64,000 nucleotides of DNA from assembly GCA_965216325.1 (NCBI GenBank), contig OZ244160.1:320001-384000 (forward strand), given 5' to 3'. The DNA is from Coraliomargarita sp. GTDB taxonomy: Bacteria; Verrucomicrobiota; Verrucomicrobiia; Opitutales; Coraliomargaritaceae. Every line of letters starts with the position of its first letter. The first letter of the stretch is position 1. Shown here piece after piece: positions 18,766 through 27,841 of this stretch. Under the pieces are notes generated by a model. It searched no databases. It worked only from the letters and a program-made list of their open reading frames with translations, and had not been told where the DNA came from. The position numbers and the translations under genes are program-made.

Positions 18766-21297
18766 ATGCGTTGGTTGATTTCAGTTTGTATATTAGGGTT
18801 GTTCGGCAGTCTTTCGGCTGAAGAGGTGACTGCGTCGGCTGCCGAGCTTGAGGTTCAGGTCGTCCCAATCGAGATACGTGACCAGTCTTTTTTCACGGAT
18901 CGCGTCGCGACAGCGGTGGTTTACTTTGATGCAGTAGTAAAGGCCCCTGAGGAGACAATCTTGGTAACGGATACTTGCAATGTCGTCTCGATCGAGGTGG
19001 CGGAAACTACAGACTCGGTGAAGGGCAAGTCGGCTGCGCTGTTTCGTTTCCTTCCGCTTAAGACCGGCATTGTGACCTTGCCCTCGCTTGAGTTTAAATC
19101 GGTGGAAATCGTCTATCAGACTGCAGAGCAGCAAATACGAGTCGGAGAGCCGCTGCGATCTGCAGAGATGTCCTTATCACTTCAGCCGCAGAAACTGGTC
19201 GTTTATGCAGGAGAGCCCTTGCGACTGGATTTGGCTTGGAACTGTGAGTTACCAGCTGCGGCCTTGCGTGCGCTAAGCTTGAATCCTTCGTTCTTTACCG
19301 ACTCTGCGATCGAGGTCGTAATCCCGCGTAATACCTCCCCCGAAGATATTCAGGTTGGTTTGCCGATTGGCGGGCGTCGCGTAATCGCTGAGCGCATACT
19401 GAACCCAGAGAAGGGCAAACAACTCGGCCGAATCGAGCTACCGATGTATCTGCGCTTCAAAGAGGCAGGTCACTACACCTTACCCGAAACACGTCTGGAT
19501 CTTTCGGTCTTACGAAAAGCGGGTGGGGACTTTGGTCGTTACGCTGCGCACTTTAACAACGGCTTCTTTGAAGCGGTCGATGCCGGCGAGGCGTATGAGC
19601 GTGTCTATGCGACCGCGCCTGCGATTGAGATCGAAGTGTTGCCGCTCCCGGCGGAAGAGCAGCAGGCGAGCTTTAGTGGACTCTTCGCACCGATCGAAAT
19701 CGACATTTCGCTTAAACCGACCGAGGCGAGGATCGGTGAGTTGATGGAGCTTGAAATCAAACTGACCGGCAGGGCGCCTCATGGTATGTTGGAGCTTCCT
19801 CAACTCAGCTTACAGCCCGGACTTCGTGAACGCTTCATCGTTGATGACAACTTTGGCCGCCTGTGGCACGAAGAGGGTACGATCTTTCGCACCAGAGTGC
19901 GTGCACTCAGTACTACGATACAGGGCTTTCCGTCCTTACAGTTTCAAGTCTTCGACCCAGAGACTGGACGATTCACACTGCAGCGCACCGAAGCGATTCC
20001 GTTGGAACTGAGTCCAAGCGTATCAGGCGAAGCATATTTACCACTTAAATCTTTTGAAGGCGCAGCCGTTGCCTTAACGAACCAACCAGAAGGCATCTGG
20101 CATAACATGGAGGCCAATCCTATGAACGATCTTCTCAACAGTCTCTTCAGCTTTGTTCGACAGGCCTTCTGGCCCTTGTTGATTCTTGGCCCGATCGCCT
20201 TCGCTTGTTTGTTGCCGCTGGCTCGTGAGCGACGTCGTCGTGCCTTGGACGAGCGCTACCGTATGCGCGCCGAAGCCTATGCAGCTTTTCGCAAACTTAC
20301 AGGAGACTCACAGGCCAAGTGGAATGCCTTTCTGCGTTTTATGGCGCTGACTTTCAACTCAGCGGATAAGACCTGGACACAAAGTGATACACAAAAAGAA
20401 CTCGCTGAGATCGGGGCAGACGACGCAATGATCGAAGATCTTGTTGCGATGCACCAATCTGCAGACGCTCAGGATTTCAGTGCAGACGGGTCTCAAGCCA
20501 AATTCAAGAATCTGGATACGCTGGCGAAGCAGATCAGCCAGCTAGCAGGGAAATCCGCGCTGCTGTTTTTACTAGTTGTAGTCATACTGCCACGCGATGC
20601 TCAGGCCAATGATTTTACCGATTCGGAACGACTCTTTGCACAAGCTGAAGCAGAAGTTCCCAGCAGCGAGGCAGCAATTGCGCTCTATCAAGATGCAGCT
20701 CTCAAGGCGGAAGCCGCAGCGCGTGCCAACTCACATCCCGGTGTGGCTTGGTATAATGCGGGCAATGCATGGTTCCAGGCAGGCTATCTTGGTCGTGCAA
20801 TCGTCGCCTATCGCAGTGCACAGAATCTCTTACCCTTTGATTCACGCATCATAGAAAATCTCGCTGCAGCGCGTGCCATGGCGCTCAATGATGTGCCTGT
20901 TGAGAAGAGCTGGTGGCAGAAACTGCCACTGACTTGGCTGAAGGTTTTCGTGGTTTTCATTAGTTTCAGCTTTTGGGCTCTGCTTTTGTTGCAGATGCGC
21001 TATCGCCAGCGTCTAATTCTAAGCGCCGCAATAGCGCTTGGCCTGATCCTGCTGGCTGTATCTGGATTACTGATACAACGATCAGTCACTTTCAAGCAAG
21101 CAGGCGTAGTGATTGTGGATGCGGTTTATGCCAAGAAAGGGCCTAGCTATGCGTATGCGAATGCGTTCAATGAGCCCTTGCATGATGGGCTTGAGTTTGT
21201 GCTGATCGAGCAGCGCGGAGACTGGGGGCTGATTGAACTTATCGATACCCGCCAGTGCTGGTTGCCGATGAGTCAGCTACAGCTGATTGAGGAGTAG
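18766..21297 (+). CDS. BatD-like protein with C-terminal TPR and SH3-like (BatE-like) region
   Basis: Signal peptide, Ig-like BatD segments, WYNAGNAWFQAGYLGRAIVAY TPR, LHDG..F...GDW SH3-like end. Confidence 0.8.
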   Translation: MRWLISVCILGLFGSLSAEEVTASAAELEVQVVPIEIRDQSFFTDRVATAVVYFDAVVKAPEETILVTDTCNVVSIEVAETTDSVKGKSAALFRFLPLKTGIVTLPSLEFKSVEIVYQTAEQQIRVGEPLRSAEMSLSLQPQKLVVYAGEPLRLDLAWNCELPAAALRALSLNPSFFTDSAIEVVIPRNTSPEDIQVGLPIGGRRVIAERILNPEKGKQLGRIELPMYLRFKEAGHYTLPETRLDLSVLRKAGGDFGRYAAHFNNGFFEAVDAGEAYERVYATAPAIEIEVLPLPAEEQQASFSGLFAPIEIDISLKPTEARIGELMELEIKLTGRAPHGMLELPQLSLQPGLRERFIVDDNFGRLWHEEGTIFRTRVRALSTTIQGFPSLQFQVFDPETGRFTLQRTEAIPLELSPSVSGEAYLPLKSFEGAAVALTNQPEGIWHNMEANPMNDLLNSLFSFVRQAFWPLLILGPIAFACLLPLARERRRRALDERYRMRAEAYAAFRKLTGDSQAKWNAFLRFMALTFNSADKTWTQSDTQKELAEIGADDAMIEDLVAMHQSADAQDFSADGSQAKFKNLDTLAKQISQLAGKSALLFLLVVVILPRDAQANDFTDSERLFAQAEAEVPSSEAAIALYQDAALKAEAAARANSHPGVAWYNAGNAWFQAGYLGRAIVAYRSAQNLLPFDSRIIENLAAARAMALNDVPVEKSWWQKLPLTWLKVFVVFISFSFWALLLLQMRYRQRLILSAAIALGLILLAVSGLLIQRSVTFKQAGVVIVDAVYAKKGPSYAYANAFNEPLHDGLEFVLIEQRGDWGLIELIDTRQCWLPMSQLQLIEE

Positions 21298-21304
21298 GGA
21301 TTTA

Positions 21305-21622
21305 CTATTTTCTACCGTAGGCAGATTGTTCGTCTGCAACTGCACCGACACTTCTATCTTTTTCGACGAGATCCCCTTCGACGTATTGGTGGATGAGGCC
21401 GGAGATGAGGGCCTGATAAGGAATGCCTTTTTGCGCGGCCTTGCGTTGGATGCCTTGTAGGTCGTGGCTGCTCAGAGGTATGTTAATACGTTTGCCCTTC
21501 TTAAAGGTGTCGTCGCTTGAGCGGGCGAGCATCTTCAGCAGTTCGCTCGATGGTGTTTCGAGTTTCATTTGGCCGCTTTCATAAGCTTCAAGAAGCTCTT
21601 TTTCTTCGGGATCTAGTTTCAT
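21305..21622 (-). CDS. Antitoxin (CopG/BrnA-like ribbon-helix-helix)
   Basis: MKLDPEEKELLEAYESG...KRINIPLSSHDL..IQRKAAQKGIPYQALISGLIHQY. Confidence 0.8.
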   Translation of the reverse strand: MKLDPEEKELLEAYESGQMKLETPSSELLKMLARSSDDTFKKGKRINIPLSSHDLQGIQRKAAQKGIPYQALISGLIHQYVEGDLVEKDRSVGAVADEQSAYGRK

Positions 21623-21899
21623 TTGGGTTCGATCTCCTTTCTCAACTCTTTGGTCGCTTTTCGACTCGGGAAGGCTCTCTTCAGAAAAATGGTTTCGTCG
21701 TCTTGGATATAGGGAACGAGGTAGATGTAATTGTTGATCGGAATGAAGAATACTTCCAGATGAGGATAGTCTTCGACATTCGGGTGTTTTGTTTTTTCCA
21801 GATGATTCCGTTGCTAAGTAATAGCGCGATTTCTTCGAAGGAGGTGCCACGTTCGGCCTTGAGCCATTCTTTTTTCTCAGGATCCCAGTCAAATTTCAC
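21619..21899 (-). pseudogene. BrnT/DUF4258-like toxin, frameshifted
   Basis: VKFDWDPEKKEWLKAERGTSFEEI... continues after a shift at the A6 run (T6 at 21792-21797) as HPNVEDYP...YLVPYIQDDETIFLKRAFPSRKATK; stop overlaps the antitoxin ATG. Confidence 0.85.
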
Positions 21900-22009
21900 A
21901 GATAGTAGTGTGTGCCTTTTAGGCATCCTGTTAATTTATGTTTAAGTAGGAAGGCTACGGCGTATGCTATGAGCTTTTCTTTTCAGTTAAACTCAATGAT
22001 TCTGCCGTC

Positions 22010-22453
22010 ATGTATCGCTATACACTCATCGCCATTGGAAAAATGAAGAACCGCTCGTTGGCGGCGCTCTGTGATGACTTCTCCAAGCGCTTGAAGCGGC
22101 AGGGTAACTTTGAGTTGGTTGAATTGAAGGACGGTGATGTCGAAAGTGAAGGCCAGCGTATCTTAGAAGCGCTCGCAAAGCGTGGTGATGCACAGGTGTT
22201 CGCGATGGCAGAGGAAGGCAAGACACGCAGTTCAGCAAGGCTTGCAAAAGAATTATATGCGCTGCAGGGCCAACCGGCAGTGTTTATTATCGGTGGGGCT
22301 TATGGTTTGAGTGAAGCGGTGAAGCAGCGCGCGGATGGTCTGTTTGCACTCTCACCGATGACTTTTACTCACGAGATCGCTCGGATGATTTTGTGCGAAC
22401 AGCTTTACCGGGCGGTTTCGATCAATGCCGGATCAAAGTATCACCACGAGTGA
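22010..22453 (+). CDS. rlmH: 23S rRNA (pseudouridine1915-N3)-methyltransferase
   Basis: IAIGKMK, FIIGGAYGL, LSPMTFTHEIAR...EQLYRA...YHH. Confidence 0.95.
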   Translation: MYRYTLIAIGKMKNRSLAALCDDFSKRLKRQGNFELVELKDGDVESEGQRILEALAKRGDAQVFAMAEEGKTRSSARLAKELYALQGQPAVFIIGGAYGLSEAVKQRADGLFALSPMTFTHEIARMILCEQLYRAVSINAGSKYHHE

Positions 22454-22459
22454 TCAAAG

Positions 22460-22566
22460 GTAGGGGCTTCGCTTGCCATTCGACCATGAGCTCAGGCCGA
22501 AGGGCGGAGCCCGTCTGACCGGAAGGATGGCTTAAACTTTGCGGGCGTCGCAAGCAACGCCCCTAC
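22460..22566. repeat. GTAG-type REP inverted dimer with a ~30-bp palindrome inserted in the left arm
   Basis: gtaggggcttcgcttgc[...]ggagccc ... gggcgtcgcaagcaacgcccctac. Confidence 0.75.
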
Positions 22567-22569
22567 GGC

Positions 22570-23589
22570 TTAGCTTAATCGCTGCAAAATGGGTTGGAAC
22601 GCAGGACGAATGTGTTCCGCCAAGTCCTGATTCGCATAGGCGACCCAATTCACTGCAGTGGTCGTATCCAAAGGGCAATTCAGTTGGCTGCCGTCTGGAT
22701 GCTCAATCACGCAGCCTGCTTCTTCAAGGAGCAGGGCACCTGCAACATCATAGGGATGTGCACAGAGGTTGTCTTGAATGTCCAGCACACTGAAGGCAAG
22801 TGGTCGAATGTCGGCGATGAATCGGTCGTGCCCGGCAAGCATCTCATAGATTTGACCACCGCTTGAAATATATTGGTCATTGAAGACCACGGGTGTGCCA
22901 TTGCCGTCATCCCCATAGAGTGCCTCCCAGAGTGCTTCTTCGATCTGCGCGAGCAGGGTTAAGCCTGCAGGGAAGAAGCGGCTGATGGTTCCAAAGGCAT
23001 GACGCACATCACTGGCTTGGCTGGGGCGTAGCTCGATCGCTGTAGTTGAAAACTGATTACGCACATCAATCGCAACGGTCTTTAGTCCGCCGCCGCGTGT
23101 GGCACTCAGTTGATCCGCTCGCCACTGTCTTGAGGTTGGAATTTCCGTCATCGCGGAGACTTGGATATCCTGGAGACAGTTCTCGTCGCCCCGTTGCGGT
23201 GCGATGGCTGCGATGATCCATGCTGAGCGCTTGTCATACATGATGCCGCGGGTGCCGTCGATTGGATCGATGATGCACTTGAGGCGGGTTTCGGAGAGGG
23301 GGGTGTCGCTGGGGTAAGTGAGCGTCTCTGTATCTTCCAGACCTTCCATTATGATCTGGACTGGATGCTCGGCGCTCCAATTGGTCTTGAACCAGGCCTC
23401 GATCGCGGACTCGGCCACTTTATCGATGGCATAGATCACATCGGCTGCCGTTTCTTCTGAAATTGCCGCTAGCTCCTCGGGTTGGTGGCTTTCTCTGGCT
23501 GTCAGGATCGCTTTAAGGATGCTGAGTTGGAGGTCGCAGAGTTGGTCCTGCAGCTGGACTTTGAGTTGAGTATCCACGCTCTCGGTCAT
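22570..23589 (-). CDS. Inositol monophosphatase/FIG superfamily protein
   Basis: IIDPIDGTRG and HPYDVAG motifs; start could instead be the ATG at 23640. Confidence 0.8.
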   Translation of the reverse strand: MTESVDTQLKVQLQDQLCDLQLSILKAILTARESHQPEELAAISEETAADVIYAIDKVAESAIEAWFKTNWSAEHPVQIIMEGLEDTETLTYPSDTPLSETRLKCIIDPIDGTRGIMYDKRSAWIIAAIAPQRGDENCLQDIQVSAMTEIPTSRQWRADQLSATRGGGLKTVAIDVRNQFSTTAIELRPSQASDVRHAFGTISRFFPAGLTLLAQIEEALWEALYGDDGNGTPVVFNDQYISSGGQIYEMLAGHDRFIADIRPLAFSVLDIQDNLCAHPYDVAGALLLEEAGCVIEHPDGSQLNCPLDTTTAVNWVAYANQDLAEHIRPAFQPILQRLS

Positions 23590-23668
23590 GCGGTAGAGTT
23601 TGCCGCTTTGCAACTCTTTCGCGGTGTTCTTCCTTGCCATTGGATACGATAGACTAAGCCTGTGAGGT

Positions 23669-24760
23669 ATGAGCAAACGATTTGTTGTGATCATGGCCGG
23701 TGGCCGAGGGGAGCGTTTTTGGCCGGAAAGCCGTTTGGCGCGCCCAAAGCAGTTATTGCCGATTGTCGGCGAGAAAGCCATGTTGGCGCAGACGGTGGAT
23801 CGTCTCGCTGGCTTAGTGGATGCCAAAGATGTCTTTGTGATTACCAATGCTGAGCAACGCGATGCGGTTTTGGAGGTCTGCCCGGATCTGGATCCCGCTA
23901 AGGTGATTGGCGAGCCGATGGGGCGTGATACCGCGGCTGCGGTTGGCTTGGCAACGGTGCTGGTGCGCCGAGAAGATCCGGATGCAACCTTTGCGATGCT
24001 GCCAGCAGATGCCGTGATTCACGATGCGGAAGGGCTTCGCTCGACGCTCGAGACTGCCTTCAGCGTGGCTGAGGCTCAGTCGGTGCTGGCGACGATCGGT
24101 ATTACCGCGAGCTTCCCGGCGACTGGATACGGTTATATTCAACAAGGCGATGTGCTGGGTGAGTTCGCTGGGCGCACGGTGTTCAATGTGAAGCGCTTTG
24201 TCGAGAAGCCTGACCTGGCGACGGCCGAGAGCTACCTGGAATCCGGTGATTACTTCTGGAACGCGGGCATGTTTGTCTGGTCGGTTGCATCGATTGTAGC
24301 TGAGTTGGAAAGCAGCACAGCCTCGCTTTGGTCCTCGTTGCAGGCAATCGATGCAGGGCTGGAAGCGGGCACGGACTTGAATGCGCTTCTGGCTGAACAC
24401 TATCCGAACTTGGAGAAGATCTCGGTCGACTACGCGATCATCGAGAAGGCGCGGAATGTCGTCATGGTTGAGTCCGGTTTTGATTGGGATGATGTCGGGG
24501 AGTGGCCCGCAGTTGAACGCCACTACCCAGCGGATGAAGCGGGCAACGTGGTGCGTGGCTCAGCGCACCTAGAGCAGGCATCCGGCAATATCGTCTTTTC
24601 CCGTGACGAGGATCACCTCGTGGCCTTGCTCGGTGTGGATGACTTGATCGTGGTGAAGACTGACGACGCGACTCTGGTGTGCCATAAGGACAAGGCGCAG
24701 GAAATCAAAGCGCTGGTTCAGGCAGTTGGCGCGAAAGAAGCCTACCGGAAACTCATGTGA
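23669..24760 (+). CDS. manC: Mannose-1-phosphate guanylyltransferase
   Basis: IMAGGRGERFWPESR...PKQ, EPMGRDTA, TGYGYI, FVEKP, WNAGMF, ISVDYA, WDDVGEW. Confidence 0.95.
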   Translation: MSKRFVVIMAGGRGERFWPESRLARPKQLLPIVGEKAMLAQTVDRLAGLVDAKDVFVITNAEQRDAVLEVCPDLDPAKVIGEPMGRDTAAAVGLATVLVRREDPDATFAMLPADAVIHDAEGLRSTLETAFSVAEAQSVLATIGITASFPATGYGYIQQGDVLGEFAGRTVFNVKRFVEKPDLATAESYLESGDYFWNAGMFVWSVASIVAELESSTASLWSSLQAIDAGLEAGTDLNALLAEHYPNLEKISVDYAIIEKARNVVMVESGFDWDDVGEWPAVERHYPADEAGNVVRGSAHLEQASGNIVFSRDEDHLVALLGVDDLIVVKTDDATLVCHKDKAQEIKALVQAVGAKEAYRKLM

Positions 24761-24772
24761 ACTTCCGCAAGG

Positions 24773-24855
24773 TTGAACATCGAACGCTAAATAGTGAACT
24801 TTGAATTAGCAGGATCGGTCGTCTGGCTTCTGTTCTCTGAAATCTGATTTCTGAC
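24773..24855. repeat. Degenerate heptamer repeats (ttgaaca/tcgaacg, then tctgatt/tctgact-like)
   Basis: ttgaacatcgaacgctaaatagtgaactttgaa ... tctggcttctgttctctgaaatctgatttctgac; a similar tract lies at ~11826-11856. Confidence 0.55.
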
Positions 24856-24858
24856 ACA

Positions 24859-25305
24859 ATGAATTATCTCGGTATTGATTGGGGGGAGAAGCGTATCGGC
24901 CTCGCGCATGCGGATGAGGTCGGTATCGCCTTGCCGCTGCAGGCTGCGGTGGCGCCCTCGAAGAAGGCTCGCATGCAGCACATTGAGCAAATGATTCGTG
25001 AACGCCGAATCGATGAGCTTGTGGTCGGCTATCCGCTCAATATGGACGGTTCGGTAGGATTTAAGGCCAAGGAAGTCGACGTGTTTATTGGTGAGTTGGA
25101 ACGACGTTTTAAACTGCCGGTTCATCGTATCGACGAGCGCTTGTCCAGCCACTCGGTGGAGCAAGGCTTGAAGGGACAGAAGAAAAAGCCCGATCGCAAG
25201 AGCGGTGAGATCGACTCGCGGGCTGCGGCACTAATTCTGCAGGACTTTGTAGAAGAACGGAATATGAATCAGCCAATGCCCATGCCAGAGGAGGACTGGG
25301 ATTAG
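24859..25305 (+). CDS. ruvX: Holliday junction resolvase-like/pre-16S rRNA nuclease YqgF
   Basis: LGIDWGEKRIGLA, VVGYPLNMDG, DERLSS, DSRAAALILQ. Confidence 0.95.
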   Translation: MNYLGIDWGEKRIGLAHADEVGIALPLQAAVAPSKKARMQHIEQMIRERRIDELVVGYPLNMDGSVGFKAKEVDVFIGELERRFKLPVHRIDERLSSHSVEQGLKGQKKKPDRKSGEIDSRAAALILQDFVEERNMNQPMPMPEEDWD

Positions 25306-25373
25306 GCTAAAAAACTTAGAATTCCTTGCTTGACCGCATGCCCTGAGCGTGGGCATTTTACGCATTTGCTTCA

Positions 25374-25449
<76 letters not shown>

Positions 25450-25451
25450 TT

Positions 25452-25476
25452 AAAAGCCCGCGTTCTGCGGGCTTTT
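25452..25476 (+). terminator. Intrinsic terminator
   Basis: aaaagcccgc/gcgggctttt. Confidence 0.8.
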
Positions 25477-25550
25477 GTGTTTATTCTGAAAATTCGTGAA
25501 AATAGGGTTGATCTTCATTCGTAGCGCGCTTTTCTCATCGGCTCTGGTAT

Positions 25551-25641
<91 letters not shown>

Positions 25642-25685
25642 TTTCCAACACCCGCAGCAATGTGGGTTTTTTAATAGTACTACCC

Positions 25686-26090
25686 ATGGAAGAAACACTT
25701 ATCATCCTAAAGCCTGACTGCATGGAGAAGCGCATTGCGGGCGAAGTCATTTCACGCTTTGAAAAAGCTGGTTTCGATATCGTTGCCTCCAAGGTGATGC
25801 AACTCGATGGCCCAATCCTCCGTGAGCACTACGCGCACGTTGCGGATAAGCCGTTCTTCCCTGAGATCGAGGCATTCATGAGCTCTTGCCCGGTGATGCC
25901 AATGATACTTCGTGGCGACGGTGTGATTGCTAAGGTGCGTGATCTCCTCGGCCCAACGAACTCTCAAGAAGCGCCAGCAGGCACCATTCGCGGTGATCTG
26001 GGCACTGATATGATGCGCAATGTGGTGCATGCTTCGGACGGTCCGGAAACTGCAGCTGCTGAGAAGAAGCGCTTCTTCCCTGAGCTCTAA
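25686..26090 (+). CDS. ndk: Nucleoside-diphosphate kinase
   Basis: TLIILKPD, EHYAH, PAGTIRGD, NVVHASD. Confidence 0.97.
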   Translation: MEETLIILKPDCMEKRIAGEVISRFEKAGFDIVASKVMQLDGPILREHYAHVADKPFFPEIEAFMSSCPVMPMILRGDGVIAKVRDLLGPTNSQEAPAGTIRGDLGTDMMRNVVHASDGPETAAAEKKRFFPEL

Positions 26091-26093
26091 GCT

Positions 26094-26573
26094 GTGAAGG
26101 TTAAAACCGGCCTCGGACTTGACAGCCACCGTTTCGTTGAAGGCGAGGCGGATAAGGCGTTTGTGTTGGGCGGCTTGGTTTTTGACGACGTGCCGGCTCT
26201 GGCTGGCAATAGCGATGCAGATGTGATTCTGCATGCGCTGACTGATGCGATCAGTGGGGTTACTGGTCGCACTGTAATCGGTGCTGTTGCGGACGAGATG
26301 TGTCAGCGCGGCATTACCGATAGCAAAGAATACCTTAAAGTTGCCCTCGAAGATTTGGGCGACTGGCAACTCAGTCACGTGTCGATTGCGCTAGAGTGCA
26401 AGCGCCCGAAAATTGACCCGAAAGTGCCGGCTCTGCGCGAATCCATTGCCGGTTTGCTTGGCCTGACGGTGGATGCCGTCTGTATCACGGCAACTACCGG
26501 CGAGAAGCTCAACGATGTCGGCCGCGGGCTTGGCATCCATGCGACTGTCATTGTGACGGCGGTTCAGGTCTAG
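26094..26573 (+). CDS. ispF: 2-C-methyl-D-erythritol 2,4-cyclodiphosphate synthase
   Basis: GLGLDSHRF, NSDADVILHALTDA, ATTGEKL. Confidence 0.93.
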   Translation: MKVKTGLGLDSHRFVEGEADKAFVLGGLVFDDVPALAGNSDADVILHALTDAISGVTGRTVIGAVADEMCQRGITDSKEYLKVALEDLGDWQLSHVSIALECKRPKIDPKVPALRESIAGLLGLTVDAVCITATTGEKLNDVGRGLGIHATVIVTAVQV

Positions 26574-26742
26574 GTGTGAAAGTGAACTCAGCTTTCGCGT
26601 ATTCGCGGAGAGTCGAGAAGTGCACCTTTAGAGCTTTTATCTATTTTTACACTTGTAAGGGGGGGCGCAGAGTTTGCCATGCGGTGTATAACTACTACCG
26701 ATTGTATGTCGTGGTGGTTTTTTAACAAATAAACAACACACT

Positions 26743-27780
26743 ATGAAAACAAAAATTACTCTGGCATCCGCATTGATGGCGGTTTCCGGTTTCGTGAACG
26801 CTGAGATCGTTGTTAACGATTTCCTCTCGTTCGAGGGGTTTGTGGATATGTCTTATTCACATACTGATATTGATTCGGACTCTGCTGCTATTGGGAGTGG
26901 ATCCGATAACAGCTTTGGTATTGATCAGGTTGAAATCGTTTGGTTGTTCGATTTTGATAAGGTTACTGCTCAGATTGACCTCGAATATGAAGAGGCTGGT
27001 GACGACATGGAAGTCGAGCAGGCATTTGTGACGTATCACTTTGATAATGGTGGTGCGATTACTGCTGGGCGCTTTGCGTCCATGCTCGGGTTCGAAGCCT
27101 TTGAGCCCACTGGCCTCTAGCAGTATTCCTTTGCGTATGATTACGGCATCCTTCCTGGTTATGCGCAGGGTGTGAAGTTTACGCACGAGTCTGATAACAG
27201 CTTCTTTGGAGTTTCTCTCCTCGATAGCTACACCGAGTTTGATGGCTATGATGGTCGTCTTGGCGGTTCGGGCGATTCCAATTGGGCAGTCGAATTGGCT
27301 GGTGCTTACTATCTGGAAAATGGACTCTCGTTCTTCCTCGGTGGCTACTATGAAGATGCAGAAGGTCCATCTCTTGAAGGAGAAACATATGCAGTAAATG
27401 CATACGTAACTTACGAAACGGGTGCGTGGATTTTTGCGGCCGAAGTTAATTTTGGTAATTCTGAAACTGGTGCTTATTCTACTCTTACCTCGGGAGTCGA
27501 TGATGATGCCGTGTCTGGTTTGCTTATGGCAAACTATGCGTATAGTGAGCAAGGTTCGATCACAGGTCGTATTAGTTATGAGACATTCGATTGGGATAAC
27601 CCATTCGAAGATGAGTTAGAGCAAATCAAGTATACGCTCGCACACAATTGGGCCTTCACTGATAACCTATCTCTTGTTGCTGAAGTCAGCTTCGCAGATG
27701 CCGACTTTGATGCAACAGACGCATTTGATGGAGATTTCGAGGTGTTGACTGGAGCAATTGAATTGCTCTTCGCATTCTAG
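26743..27780 (+). pseudogene. Outer-membrane porin/beta-barrel gene interrupted by one in-frame TAG (27118-27120)
   Basis: Signal peptide, amphipathic beta-strands, C-terminal ELLFAF; both ORF halves are in the same frame (EPTGL*QYSFAY). Confidence 0.85.
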
Positions 27781-27805
27781 TCTAATTCTTATTAGAAACG
27801 AATTT

Positions 27806-27839
27806 AAAGCTCCTCGGTTCCGGCCGAGGAGCTTTTTTT
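27806..27839 (+). terminator. Intrinsic terminator of the porin gene; target of the group IIC intron
   Basis: aaagctcctcgg/ccgaggagc followed by T7. Confidence 0.9.
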
Positions 27840-27841
27840 GT

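Noticed and set aside
21790..21800. Programmed -1 frameshift in the toxin gene
   Set aside because: The in-frame heptamer is G AAA AAA rather than a canonical X XXY YYZ, and no stimulatory structure is evident; a simple indel is more likely
21623..21892. Long N-terminal extension of the antitoxin given in the ORF track
   Set aside because: It is an alternative frame of the toxin gene; the real start is the ATG at 21622 with an AAGGAG RBS
27118..27120. Pyrrolysine or genetic-code reassignment of TAG
   Set aside because: TAG ends many normal genes here (exbD-like, ispF, the porin itself, CBM6 genes) and no pyl genes are seen
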